DNA of 64,000 nucleotides from Salpingoeca rosetta (Eukaryota > Protista > Choanoflagellata), in NCBI GenBank assembly GCA_033442325.1, contig JAWQFM010000002.1, positions 2,320,615 to 2,384,614 of the forward strand. Reading direction: 5' to 3'. This document shows, in pieces, positions 1 to 13,299 of this stretch. The notes beneath the pieces are model-generated. The model was not told where the DNA came from. It worked only from the letters and a program-made list of their open reading frames with translations, and ran no database searches. The position numbers and the translations under genes are program-made. Position 1 is the stretch's first letter, and every line of letters begins with the position of its first letter.

Positions 1-115
<115 letters not shown>

Positions 116-275
116 CGAGATGCACGGGGGCAGACAAAGGTCGGTGGTGGTGGACGCACGCAACACCACTGGCCAGCAGGCACCACCCTCCCTCCGTCTT
201 CTGTTCACTTCAACAGTGGGTTGCTGTTAGCCCAAGTCACACCAGCACCCATCCACCCGCTCGCACTGCGCGTAC

Positions 276-1523
276 CTTTGAAGTTCCGTAGGCTCAGCTG
301 CTTGGCCATGCTGCTTGCTTGCTTGCTTGCTTGCCTGTCGTCTGAGACTGTGTGTTTGTCAGTGCAACAATGTCGTTTGGTGCGATTTCAGTGCAATGTG
401 AATGTATGTGATGTGACATGCCCTTGTGCCTCCCCTTTCTCTCCCCCTACCTCTTCCCCTTCATGCCTTCGCTGCTGTTTGCTTTTTGCTTGCCTGTGTC
501 GAAGTCAGTTAAGTTTACTCGCCTTCTACCCCTGTCTGTCTCTGTCTCTCTGTCTCTGTCACCGTCTCTTTGTTACCTCAAGCCGCCACTGTCACGGCTG
601 TTATTCGCATCATCGTCATGATCATTGTCATCGTCATCGTCATCATCAATGAGCAGCACGACGTCCTCATCGTCGGCGGCACATGTTGCGCCATTGCTGC
701 TGTTGTCATTGCTGTTGCCGCTGCCGTGTGCCAGCTTTGCCGCGCGCTCGCCCACTGCGCCCGCGTGCGTGTGGGAGAGTTCAGAGAGCGATGCAAAGCG
801 CAGGAGGTCATGCTCCGACACGTCCACGCGGATACGGGTGGCTCTCTTTGTCGACGCCGCCGCCACCAGACGGGCGCGAAACCGCGAGATGACACGGTGC
901 GCCGTGACAAACCCCAGCGACTGGCACAGCGCCTCGCACTCCTTCACCACAGCTACCGTCTCCGTTCGTGCGGCAACGCCCTGGCCCAGCCGCCTTCAGG
1001 TTGTGAGTGTGAGTTAAGGTGAGTTGAGGTGAGTTGAGGTGAGTGAGTGAGTGCGTGAGTTGAGGTGAGTTGAGGTGATTGAGTGAGTGCGTGAGTGAGT
1101 GAGTGAGTGAGTGAGTGAGTGAGTGAGTGAGTGAGTGAGTGAGTGAGTGAGTGAGTGAGTGAGTGAGTGAGTGAGTGAGTGAGTGAGTGAGTGAGTGAGT
1201 GAGTGAGTGAGTGAGTGAGTGAGTGAGTGAGTGAGTGAGTGAGTGAGTGGGTGAGTGAGTGAGTGAGTGAGTGAGTGAGTGAGTTGAGCGACTGAGTGAG
1301 TGTGTTGGGTGTTATCTGAACTAACCCGAGGAGCGCGGTGATGGTGCGGAGATGGCCTGTCCAGCAGGCGTAGTGGAGAACAGTGTGGTTGTTGCAGTCA
1401 CGAGCGAGCGGGGACACCCCCTTTCGCAAGAGGCGGTTCAGGCCCGCCACGTCACCTGACAAGCAAAACCACGAGGGCACGGACGCAGTTGCACAGTGAG
1501 GCGCAAGGCTTGGCATCGCGCGC

Positions 1524-1572
<49 letters not shown>

Positions 1573-1631
1573 CACACACACACACACAGACAGACAGACA
1601 GACAGACACACACACACACACAGACAGAGAC

Positions 1632-1662
<31 letters not shown>

Positions 1663-2539
1663 CACACACAGACAGACAGACACGCGCACACACTGACAGA
1701 GGCGTGCATCGACACGCAGACACATGCACACACACATACACACGAACGCACACGTACTACAAATGCATCTACCTTCAAAAGCCATCATGTGTATCGGGGA
1801 TGAGAGATCGAGGTACTTATCCTTCGGGGCGTGGCCTTGCCAGACAAGACGGCGCCCTGCACCTACAGGAATGTCTCCTGGCGACTCATCAACATACCGC
1901 ACGAAGAACGTGGCCATGCTCTTGTTCATCCAACGAGCGTCCACGAGCAAGGCGTGAGTACGGGGTTAGTCGACAGAGAGTGAGCAAATAGTGGGGAGAG
2001 GCACGGGTGGAGGGACAGGTAGGTGTTGAGCCAGGCTTTCACACACACACACACACACACTCACACTCTCACACACACACACTCACACACACACACACAC
2101 ACACATTCACAGACAGACAAACACACAAACGCACATGATACTGTCGACTCACTGGAGGAGGCAGTGGGGAATGCGTGAGCCGGGCTGCCCAGGCGCGATG
2201 TGCTTGGTACTGCTGGTAGTCCGTGGCTGTTGTGAGGGCGCAGCGGGCCTTGATTTCGTCCAGGCGCGAGGCAGAGTAGCCGACGCGACCGGGAAACAGC
2301 AGCTCATCCTGGATGGCGATGGTATCGATTGTGCGATGCACTGTTGCGTGAGGTTGAACGGCTCGACAACCTGGCGGAGTTGCAGAAGCAGAGTTGCAGG
2401 CAGATAGAGAGGACAGCGAGACAACCTCAGACAGACAGACAGACAGACAGACACACACACACACACAGACAGAGACACACACAGACAGACAGACACACAC
2501 ACACAGACAGACAGACAGACACACACAGACAGACAGACA

Positions 2540-2597
<58 letters not shown>

Positions 2598-3113
2598 CAC
2601 CTCAGCGTAGTCGGTGGAGCGGATCTTGGCTTCACTGGGCCGAACGAGGCGAATGTAGGTGACAAAAGGGACGGACGAGCCAGCGATGGTGAAGATGCGC
2701 ACGACTTGTCCAATGATATCCGTCGGTCGACCTGCTGCGTTGTTGTGAACATGATTGCGGGTCACGATCCCATCTCCAATGCGGATCAGCCACTGCCCAA
2801 CCTTGGCGTTGGCGTACGCCTGCACGGCCCGACCACAGGAGAGCTGGCGCTCGATGTCATGCAGCTGTGGCGCGGGCAAGCGGCCACTCAGCGACCACCC
2901 ACCATCCCCCATCTTTTGCATGTCGTGTTCGCTGGTAGCTGTTTTCCCGCCACTTTTCTTCACTGATGTGACATGCCGCAAAGTGTTTCGGTTCTGCACG
3001 TCACACATCCCAACGCCCCTTGCTCTTGCCCTCTCTCTCTCTCTCTGGCCCTCCACTCGACAGACAGGACGCTTTGTTTGAGCAGGGCGAGGCGGATGCG
3101 TTTGCTGGTCCAT
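276..3113 (-). CDS. Ankyrin-repeat-containing hypothetical protein (multi-exon; 3' end probably runs off the left edge)
   Basis: The exon at ~1326-1456 encodes GDVAGLNRLLRKGVSPLARDCNNHTVLHYACWTGHLRTITALL, an ankyrin consensus. It splices in phase to ~578-993 (..VKECEALCQSLGF..acidic D-run) and probably to ~276-311. Upstream coding-like blocks lie at ~1817-1920, 2152-2370 and 2601-3113, but their phases are not fully resolved. Confidence 0.55.
1003..1300. repeat. (GAGT)n tetranucleotide satellite, intronic; (TCAC)n in the sense direction of the minus-strand gene
   Basis: Near-perfect gagt array filling most of the intron between the ankyrin exon and the next exon. Confidence 0.95.
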
Positions 3114-3459
3114 TATTGATGAGAACAAACAACAACAATGTTGCAGCAAATGCAAGCAACAATGGCCACACAGGGTGAGGTGGTGCGAGACCCAACACGA
3201 AGAGGTTGTCAAGTCCACGCACACACACAAACACACATGCGTGGGGTTGTGCAAGAAAAGAGCAAACAGCACGAGGCACAGGTGCACCAGTGTGCTGCCG
3301 TCACCACAACACGAAGGACAACTTGGTTACGACGCCAACGCACACACGACACACGGAAGCATGTCGACGAAGCGAAGGAAAAGGGGGAGAGAAAAAGAAA
3401 GTTGAGTCAAATGTGGATGAGTGGAGGAGAGAGAGAGAGAGGGGGCGCCATGACGCAGC

Positions 3460-5232
3460 TTAGAGCTGGCCGCAGTCGGCAATGGTCACGGTCTTGCTGG
3501 TCTTGCCAGACTGGCTGCCGAGAGCCTCCATCTTGCGGACGACGTCCATGCCTGCACAAGAAAAAAAAGCAGCCGCGCGGGGGGGGGGGAAGACGAAATG
3601 TCGTGGTGAGCGCTCGAACACAGCAAACAGCAGGCAAGCAAGCAAAGGTGCGTTGGGTGGGTAATGTCAGGGCGACGAAGAGAGGATGATGGGAAGTGGA
3701 AAGAGGAAAGAGGAAAGAGGAAAGAGGAAAGAGGAGAGAAAGAAAGCCTCAGGAATCAATAAAGAAAAGGATTCTCCACACGCTGTTTCAATTCGGTGAG
3801 GGATAACTGTTTTGAAGCATCAAGGGCGTTCTCTCAGAACAAAAAAAAGGGGGGGGGGGAAAGGAGAAAAAGAGGAAGAGGGAGCAAAAGTAGCAAGGGA
3901 AAGAGAAGCACAAAAGGGAGCAACAAAACACACGCGCACACAACGCAGCACGCCACAGACGGACGCAAACACAAGGAGCCTCAGTCGCCGTGTTACAAAG
4001 GCATAAAGTGTTCTCCACACGCTGTTTCAATTCGGTGAGGGATAACTGTTTTGAAGCATCAGCGGCTCACATGCAGCCAAGCAAAAAGAGCAGAACGAAT
4101 AAACGCGTGTCACAGCGGACACGGTTATGATGTTATCGTTGGTTTGACATTGAGTAGGGAACGCACCATCAACGACGCTGCCGAAGACGACGTGCTTGCC
4201 GTCGAGCCAGCCGGTCTTCTCGGTGCAGATGAAGAACTGGGAGCCGTTGGTGTTGGGGCCGGCGTTGGCCATGGAGAGGATACCGGGGCCAGTGTGCTTC
4301 AGGGTGAAGTTCTCATCGGCAAACTTCTCGCCGTAGATGGACTTGCCACCAGTGCCCTGCAATCAAGGGCACAACAAGGTCAAGTTTGGGTGAGACACAA
4401 GAAGACGAGCGGCACCATTAGAGCCTGAGGTGGATGGTACTGGTGCTGGTGAACGACGTTGATGGTTTGTGTGTCTCAGCCAGCAAGTCACGATACGACG
4501 TCGTTTACAACCGCAGGTGAAAACAAAAACCAACAACATACGTTGCCGCGGGTGAAGTCGCCACCCTGGCACATGAAGCCGGGGATGATGCTGTCAACAC
4601 GAGGGAAGAGGAAAACAGAGCAGGGCAAGAGACGTGAGCTTGCGCGTGCATGCACCAAGCAAGCAGGTGATGCCAAGCACAAAAAGGAGCACGCACAGGG
4701 ATTCACACACACACACACAGCCACACGACGCACCGGTGGAAGCTGCTGCCCTTGAAGCCAAAGCCCTTCTCGCCAGTGCAGAGGGCGCGGAAGTTCTCGG
4801 CCGTCTTGGGGACGACATCGTCGCGGAGCTCAAAGACAACGCGGCCAACGGGGGAGCCGTTGGCGGTGACGTCAAAGTAGACCTTTGGGCGGCTGCGCAA
4901 CAAAACAAACACATACAAACACACAAACAAACAAACGCGGGTCACCAGCACACAATGTTGTTGATATTGATTGACACACAAAGGAGGAGGAGATGGGTGG
5001 GTGAGTTTTGGTGCAAGCAATAGCAGCACAGGACGAGACACCACAGGTGATGCAAATGTGCCACTGAACATACATCACCCACAACAACAAAGCATCCACA
5101 AGCATTCCTTCTCGCCTCCCAGTTGTGCAGAGATTGTCATCGATCGATCGCATGGACCCCACACATCCCAACACATCCCACCGCTCTCCGTCATCATCAA
5201 CACCACCATCACCGCTGATGAACGTACGACAT
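3460..5232 (-). CDS. PPIA-like: Cyclophilin-type peptidyl-prolyl cis-trans isomerase (cyclophilin A-like), 5 exons
   Basis: Exons 5228-5232 (ATGTC), ~4733-4892 ([34 protein letters not shown]), ~4541-4591 ([16 protein letters not shown]), 4167-~4357 ([45 protein letters not shown]) and 3460-3551 ([23 protein letters not shown]). The junctions checked are GT-AG and in phase. Confidence 0.98.
3746..3827 (-). ncRNA. snR38-like: Box C/D snoRNA, snR38/SNORD1-like (copy A), in cyclophilin intron 4
   Basis: Minus strand reads gcc-ct-TGATGC (C-like)-ttcaaa-ACAGTTATCCCT-ca-CCGA (D')-..-GTGGAGA (C'-like)-..-CTGA (D)-ggc. It has a terminal gcc/ggc stem, and the guide is antisense to the conserved LSU rRNA segment AGGGAUAACUG. 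Confidence 0.85.
3976..4068 (-). ncRNA. snR38-like: Box C/D snoRNA, snR38/SNORD1-like (copy B), in cyclophilin intron 4
   Basis: Minus strand reads gagcc-gc-TGATGC-ttcaaa-ACAGTTATCCCT-ca-CCGA-..-GTGGAGA-..-CTGA-ggctc. It has a 5-bp terminal stem (gagcc/ggctc), and a ~50-nt core identical to copy A. Confidence 0.88.
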
Positions 5233-5935
5233 GGTTGCGGTCGAAGGAAAGAAGAGGTGAGCGAGGAGAGACAAGAAACGAATAGGCAGCGGAACAAGGA
5301 AAATGTCAGCAAAACTTGCACCAGCACCACCGGTGCAGCAGAAGAAACCGTGCGTTGTGTGGTGTGGTTGCTTCGTTGCTTGCGGCCACTGAGCAGCAGC
5401 GGCGAATGTTCTTTCGGGACCAGAAAACAAGATTGGAAAACAAGTGTGGAATAACGATTGAAGATGTTCGCCAAAATTCGCGTGGAGGATTGTGAAATAC
5501 ATATGACTTGCGCGGAATTGTGCGGCTAGTGCGCATTGGTGGATACGATCACTTACCGCCAACACAACCAAAACATCCACAGCCAACGCATCAAAAGGTG
5601 CTGTGGCGACGCGCAGGCGTGCAGAAGAGATGCAGGCGAGAGAGAGAGTGTGTGTGGATGGATGATGGCGCATGATGGGCAAGGCAGCAGGTGGAGGAGG
5701 AGGAGGAGATGAGAGGGCAAGGCAAGCACGGGAAGAAGAGGCGTTGTGAGCGGCATGGATGGTGCATGTTTGTGTCTATGTGTGCTTGTGTTTGTTGCGT
5801 GTTCAGTGGCCAGAGCGCAGGGAGCATGTTGAATGTGTGTGTGTTTGTGTCATGTGCACGTATGGTTGCACAATGACACTGCCAGTGCTCACAAGGACTT
5901 GTGTTTGGCTTGTCACACACACACACACACACACA

Positions 5936-5976
<41 letters not shown>

Positions 5977-5996
5977 CTCGCTTCCAAGGTTCAGCC

Positions 5997-6846
5997 ATGC
6001 TGTCACGCGTTCTCGGCCAAGGTCTCCGCCTCGGCGCTAGGGTACGTTATGTGACTGTGTGTGTGTGTGTGTGTGCATGTGCGCATGTGCGTGTGTGCAG
6101 ATGCGCGCACGCTCTGTGGGACCCGCTCTGTGGGACCATAGCTGTTGCGTGGGTGTCCAGTGAACACCGTCATGTCGCCAACCCTACCTCCCGCCCCCAA
6201 ACACACACTGAACTGTGGCGCTTACGCCTTTTGCACCTGGTGCGCCTGGCCTGCTTTTGTTGCTCGTCAGGGATCTCCGGCTCTCACTTCCCTCGGCGGT
6301 GCACGGCGTCTCCTCAACATCCACGAAGGTGCGTGCTGTGCGCGTGGCTCTGTTTGTGTGTGTGTGCGGCTGTGGCTGTGTGTGTGTGTGTGTGTGTGGC
6401 TCTCTCTCTCTCTCGCTCTCTCTGTGTGTACACCTGCGTGGCGTCTTGTGTTGGATCCTGCATAGATTACCTTGCGCGAGTGTGATCTCACCGCGCTGTG
6501 TGTGGTTGTTGCTCGCCCAAACCACTCTCACACGCAATGCATTGGTTTGACCTCTTGCACAGCGGATAGCCAGGAGCTGATGAAGTCCTATGGGCTCAAC
6601 GTCGCCCGTGGCGCAAAGGCCAAGTCCCCAGAGGAGGCCGTCACTGCTGCCAAGTCCATGAGTACGTTTGCAGCTTCGTGTGTGCATACATGTGCGTGCG
6701 TCCGTGTATATGCGCGAGCGTGTGCAGCGTTTCGATCCTTGTACACGCTACGCGCATTCCTTTTCGCTGCGGGCACGTCAATCGTCCAGCTCCCATCCAG
6801 CCAGACGCGTCCTCTTGCATCCGCACACCCACACGAACACACACAC

Positions 6847-6891
<45 letters not shown>

Positions 6892-9800
6892 TCCGCACGA
6901 CCACCCACACATATGCACACATGCCGACATACTCACACTCGCAAACACAATACAATGGCTGCAGGCACGTCGAAGGTCGTGCTCAAGGCGCAGGTGCTTG
7001 CTGGTGGACGTGGCAAGGGTGTCTTTGACAACGGCTTTTCTGGCGGCGTCCACGTCCTCGACAACGAGTGCGTGTGAACCGAGACAACACGTTTGGGGGA
7101 CAAGCAAGATAAGGAGGGCGTGTGATATCTGTACTGCATGGAACGTGTGTCGTACCTGTGGTGTGTGTGTGGTGTGGTGTGGTGTGGTGTGTGGTGTGGT
7201 GTGGTGTGAGCGATGTCTCCGGGGGTTGTGAAGCTGCCCATGCTCGAGTGGCTGGTTCAGTGCGTGCGTGTGTGTGTTGTTTGCTGAACCAACGCGCTCA
7301 TACCCCATGTCTCGCGTATTCGTGTTCTCCATCTGTGTCGATCGCCGTGCTCGTGCACCACTGCAGCGAGTCAAAGGTGCGCGAGATTGCCTCGCAGATG
7401 ATTGGGCACAACCTCATCACCAAGCAGACTGGCAAGGAGGGCCGTCCGTGCAACATGGTGCGTCATTTACCGCATCTGTTTGAATGTATCGCGGCAGAGC
7501 TTGCTCCTGGCTGCGTGATTGCTGCGGGCGTTTCAGCTGTGCAGCCACTCACCCTGCACCTGTCGTTGTTTCTCTGCTGGCGTGTGTGCGATTGTGTGTG
7601 CGTGTGTGCGTGCGTTTGTGCGTTTTTGTGCGTTCGTGCATACGTTTGTGCGTTTGTGCGCCTTCTTACCTGCCTCCCCCCTGCCTCCTCCCCATCCCCA
7701 TCCCCATCCCCCTCTCTGTCTCTGTGCTTGTGATTTTATCGGTACAGATCCAAGTTGTGGAGGCTGTGAATGTGCAGAAGGAGTTCTACCTTGCTCTTCT
7801 CCTTGACCGCGCCGCCATGGTAAGGATTCAAGCACCCTGCCCAGCTGCTGCTCCATGTTGCCCGCACAAGCTGCTGCTCCATGCTGCAAACTCCAGACAC
7901 AATACAACACACCATAACACAGCAGAACACAACACCACACAAACACCACACAAACACACCACAACACAAAAAACTCATGCACACGATGTTGCCCTCACAC
8001 GTTCCGCTGCGCCACTGCCGTTAGGGCCCTGTGATGATTGGCAGCTCCCAAGGTGGCATGGACATTGAGGTCAGACACACAGCCCACATGATACCACCGA
8101 CATACCATGTCTCTATCCACCACCTGCATGTTTTTGAAACGCCCATGTCTGGTTTTTTGTTTGTCCGCCTTTGTTGCCCCTCCTCCGCTCTTCAACCTCT
8201 TCGATCTGTTCATGTGTGTGTGTGTGTGTGCAATGTGTGCGTGCTTGTCCTGTTAACCCCTCGCGCGTCAACAGGCCGTTGCCGCTGAGAACCCCGATGC
8301 CATTGTCAAGCTCCCCATCGACATTGACGGAGGTGTGTGTGTGTGTGTTTGTACGCGCGTTTGTTTGCGGTGATCGTTTGTGTGCTCTGTGCTGTGTGTG
8401 TGTGTTGTGTTGTGTGTGTGTGGCATCTGGTTGTGGCTTGTTTCACAACCGTGTACCGTCACCACAGCATGTTCTGGTTTGCGTTCTTTTCCCCTGTGCT
8501 TGTGCTGGACGCTGCGTGCTCCCCACTCCTCTGGTACCGGTGCCCCCCACCATCTCATCTCGCCTCCGCTCACAACAATTATGTGCCTGCATGCTTGCTT
8601 CCCTCGTCCCACCAGGCCTGAGCATGGAGGCCGCCACGAACTTTGCGCGTCAAATGGGCATCCCGGACAGTTGCGTCGACAGCGCCGCCGACCAGATGGT
8701 CAAGCTCTACCAGCTCTTCCTCGAGGTGGGCGGGCGTGCTGGCTTGCGATTTCCCTCACTTCCTTGCACGTGTGCCTGCATCTCATGTATTCGTGTTTGG
8801 TTTTGCGTGTTTGATTGTGCTGTTGAGGTTGCATCTGTGTGTGTATGTGCTGCGAGTTTGCGCGCTTGTTACGTGTTGGTGAGCGCCTGTGTAGTACCTC
8901 AACAATCCATTTTCTCTCACACACTCTCTCTACGCTGGTGCTGCTGCTGCCTATTGTGTGTGTGATTGCAGCGCGACTGCTCCCTTGTTGAGATCAACCC
9001 CTTTGCGCAGGTCGGCCCCAGCGAGGTGATGTGCCTCGATGCCAAACTCAACTTTGACGACAATGCTGAGTTCAGGCAGTCGGGCGTCTTTGAGAAGCGC
9101 GACACCACCCAGGTTTGTTAGCGTGTCATGTAGGGGGGGGGGGGCGAGTGTGTGCGTGTGTGCGCCAGATGTTGCGCCCCCCACCACACACAGAAAGCAA
9201 ATGCATATTCGCACACGCGTGTACATATTCCCTCCTGCTGACTCACCCAACTCCTACCCACCCCCCCCCCCCCCCCCCCTGCCAAAACACACGTGTCTTT
9301 CCAACACACTTCAACGCCACCGCGAACGTGCAGGAGAACAAGGCTGATGTTGAAGCTGCCAAGTTTGACCTCAACTACATCCAGCTGGACGGCAATATTG
9401 GCTGCCTCGTCAACGGCGCCGGTCTTGCCATGGCAACCATGGACATCATTCAGGTGGGCGTGGCACTCGCATGCCTTGGATGAGTCAGGGCAATGGGGGC
9501 GGGCTTGGTTTGCCACCATGCGGTGGAAGACAGACACTGTTTGTGACGTGACGTGATGTCGTTGTCATCATTGCCATCTCATTTTCCACGCTCTCATCTC
9601 ACTCGATTATCACGCACACGCACAATCTGCTTCTTCTTGCCTGCGTGTCTGCCCACACTGCCTTGTACGTGTCTGTTGTGTTGGTCACATGCAGCTGCAT
9701 GGTGGCAGCCCGGCCAACTTTCTTGATGTCGGCGGCGGCGCCACTGCCCGCCAGGTCACAGAGGCCTTCAAGCTCATCACACAGGACCCCAACGTATGCC

Positions 9801-10742
9801 CCTCTCCCTCCGTGTTGTGTTTATGTTGTATTATGTTGTGGTTCTTGTGAGGCTGAGACTCGCACTCTTTTGTTTCGGTTATTCGACTCATCTCCGCTCT
9901 CAGCCACTTGCTCACCACAAGCACAAACAAGCACAATACCAACGACGGCCACAACAACGCTGATTCCGGCTTTTCCTTACGCGTGTGCGCCTGCGTCGCC
10001 TCGTCTGTGTGCAGGTGTCTGCGATCCTTGTGAACATCTTTGGTGGCATTATGCGCTGCGACGTGATTGCCGAGGGTATCATCCACGCCGCATCAGACCT
10101 CGACCTCTCCGTCCCCATCATCGTCCGCCTCCAGGGTACGTCCTGCAGTCGTCTGTCGCGCCCAGCTCTGTGTTATTTTTGTGTTGCATGTGTGCGAGTG
10201 TGTGTGTGCGTGTGCGAGTGTGTGTGTGCGTGTGCGAGTGTGTGTGTGTGTGTGCGAGTGTGTGTGCGTGTGCGAGTGCGCGTGTGTGTGCGTGTGCGAG
10301 TGCGCGTGTGTGCGTGTGCAGGTTTTTGAGCTGATTGTGTGTAGACTTTTGGCGTTTTTTTGGTCGACACTGCATGTGGGCAATTGCTGCATTCCACAGA
10401 AAGCGTCTTGTTGTCATTTCTCTGCATCGCACGTTTTGCCTCTTCCTGCTCTCTGCTCTCTTCTTCCTTCCATTACCCGTCTCATTGCAAATGTGTCCTT
10501 CCGTGCACTCCGCGTCCTCGTGCATGCCTGATCCAGGCACGAACCGGGAGGAGGCCAAGGAGATGATTGCCAACAGCGGGCTGGACATCATCTCGTCGGA
10601 TGAACTTGACGACGCCGCGTTCCGCGCTGTGCAGCTGTCCAAGATTGTTGAGCTGGCGCGCCAGGCGCACGTGCACGTGACGTTCAGGGAGGCTGAGCGC
10701 CCCCACCACGACGACGACGTCATGACCCCTTACTTCACCTAA
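5997..10742 (+). CDS. SUCLA2: Succinyl-CoA ligase beta subunit, mitochondrial (ADP-forming type likely), ~14 exons
   Basis: Transit peptide [15 protein letters not shown]. Motifs [105 protein letters not shown]. The C-terminal [17 protein letters not shown] extension resembles the ADP-forming isoform. Confidence 0.95.
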
Positions 10743-11724
10743 GCGATGATCACCGCAACGTCCCACCTCATCCACCCTCTTTCTCGGCCCAGGCACAACA
10801 ACTTGCACACACACACACACACAAAAGCATGCACACATGCACACATATGCACACACACACACACACAAGCATGCACACATATGCACACATGCACACATGC
10901 ACACATATGCACACACACCGCCCTTGGTTCTTCTTCTCCTCGCTGCTGACACACGGCGTGCGCGCGTGCGCGCGTGTGCTTTGGTGCTGCCCTGTGCTGC
11001 TGCTGCTGTTGTTGTTGTTGCCTTTCCCTTGTGCTGGGATTTTGTCCTTCCTTCCTTCCATGGTTCGTCTTGGGTGTGTCTTCCCTTTTTGTGCTTAGGC
11101 AACTGTTGCTTGGTGTCTGTGTGTTTGTTCTGGCTCGCTGTGGAGGCAACAAAGGTGGTGGTTGTTGTAGCGCCCTTGTACTGACTGTTTGCTTGTGGGT
11201 TTGCTGTGTGCGCGATTGTGTTTTGAGGTGTGTTACTCGTGGACAGTGTGAACGCACGCACACCCGCGCGTATGTGTGCGTGATTGATTGTTTGCCGTGT
11301 GTGTTTGGCTTGCGTGTACTGGACCTTCCTTCGCCTCTCTTCTCTTCCTGTTCCCTGTTCGATTGATTGATTGACTGCTTCTGCTCGCTCGCTCGCTTGT
11401 CTCTGTGTGTTTGTTTGTTTGGTGTATTGCTGGTGATATGGCTGTCTCCGAGACCTCATCACAATAGACAACAAAAGGCTTGAGATGGAGGCACTGTTGT
11501 GAACAGCTGTGCAAGGTGAGCGAAGAGCGCTGGATACGTGATGGTGGCGATGACGGGGGGGGGGGAGTGGGGACCTTGCAGTGATGCACTCGCACTGCGA
11601 GCAAGAGAGCAATCAGCTACGGCATACCCCAACATTGTTGTAACGCGTGTGGTTCTTGGCACCCCACGTGCAAGTGACTTGCTTTGGCTGTGGTGTGCAT
11701 TCAGGTAACAACAGTTGTCAAGTG

Positions 11725-12915
<1,191 letters not shown>

Positions 12916-13299
12916 TACGTTCGGAGCATTACATGAAAATATCCACTAACATTCGGCATTCTCACCTCACCATCAAGGCACACGTCGCGATCGCGACGTG
13001 GAAGAGTCCACCACGACCACAAAGAGAGAAGGAAGCACACACACACACACACACACACACACATCAAACATAAGCACCGCACTGCAAGCACTGCACGCAA
13101 GCACTCTGCATGCAACTCAAGGCAACGCCCACAACAGCAGCAGACAGAGACAAATAGATGGAAGCGGAGGGTTCACTCGATCGCTCGATTTCAGGCTGAA
13201 CCGTTTGACTGCCGGATCCCACAACCGCTCTCTCGCACGCACGCAGGCAGGGCCCCTTGCGAGCACCAGCCGACCGGAAGGACTGGAGCGATCTGAGCG

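Noticed and set aside
3773-4061. ~50-bp direct repeat as a CRISPR repeat or transposon LTR/TIR
   Set aside because: Only two copies in a eukaryotic intron, with no cas or transposase gene. It is fully explained as duplicated snoRNAs.
4390-4510. Short inverted repeats (tgagacac/gtgtctca; aacgacgt/acgtcgtt) in cyclophilin intron 3 as a structured RNA
   Set aside because: The stems are only ~8 bp, and there are no convincing C/D or H/ACA boxes.
5997-10742. Functional clustering of succinyl-CoA ligase with the succinate-producing 2OG oxygenases
   Set aside because: It lies >30 kb away with unrelated genes in between, and acts in a different compartment. Probably coincidence.
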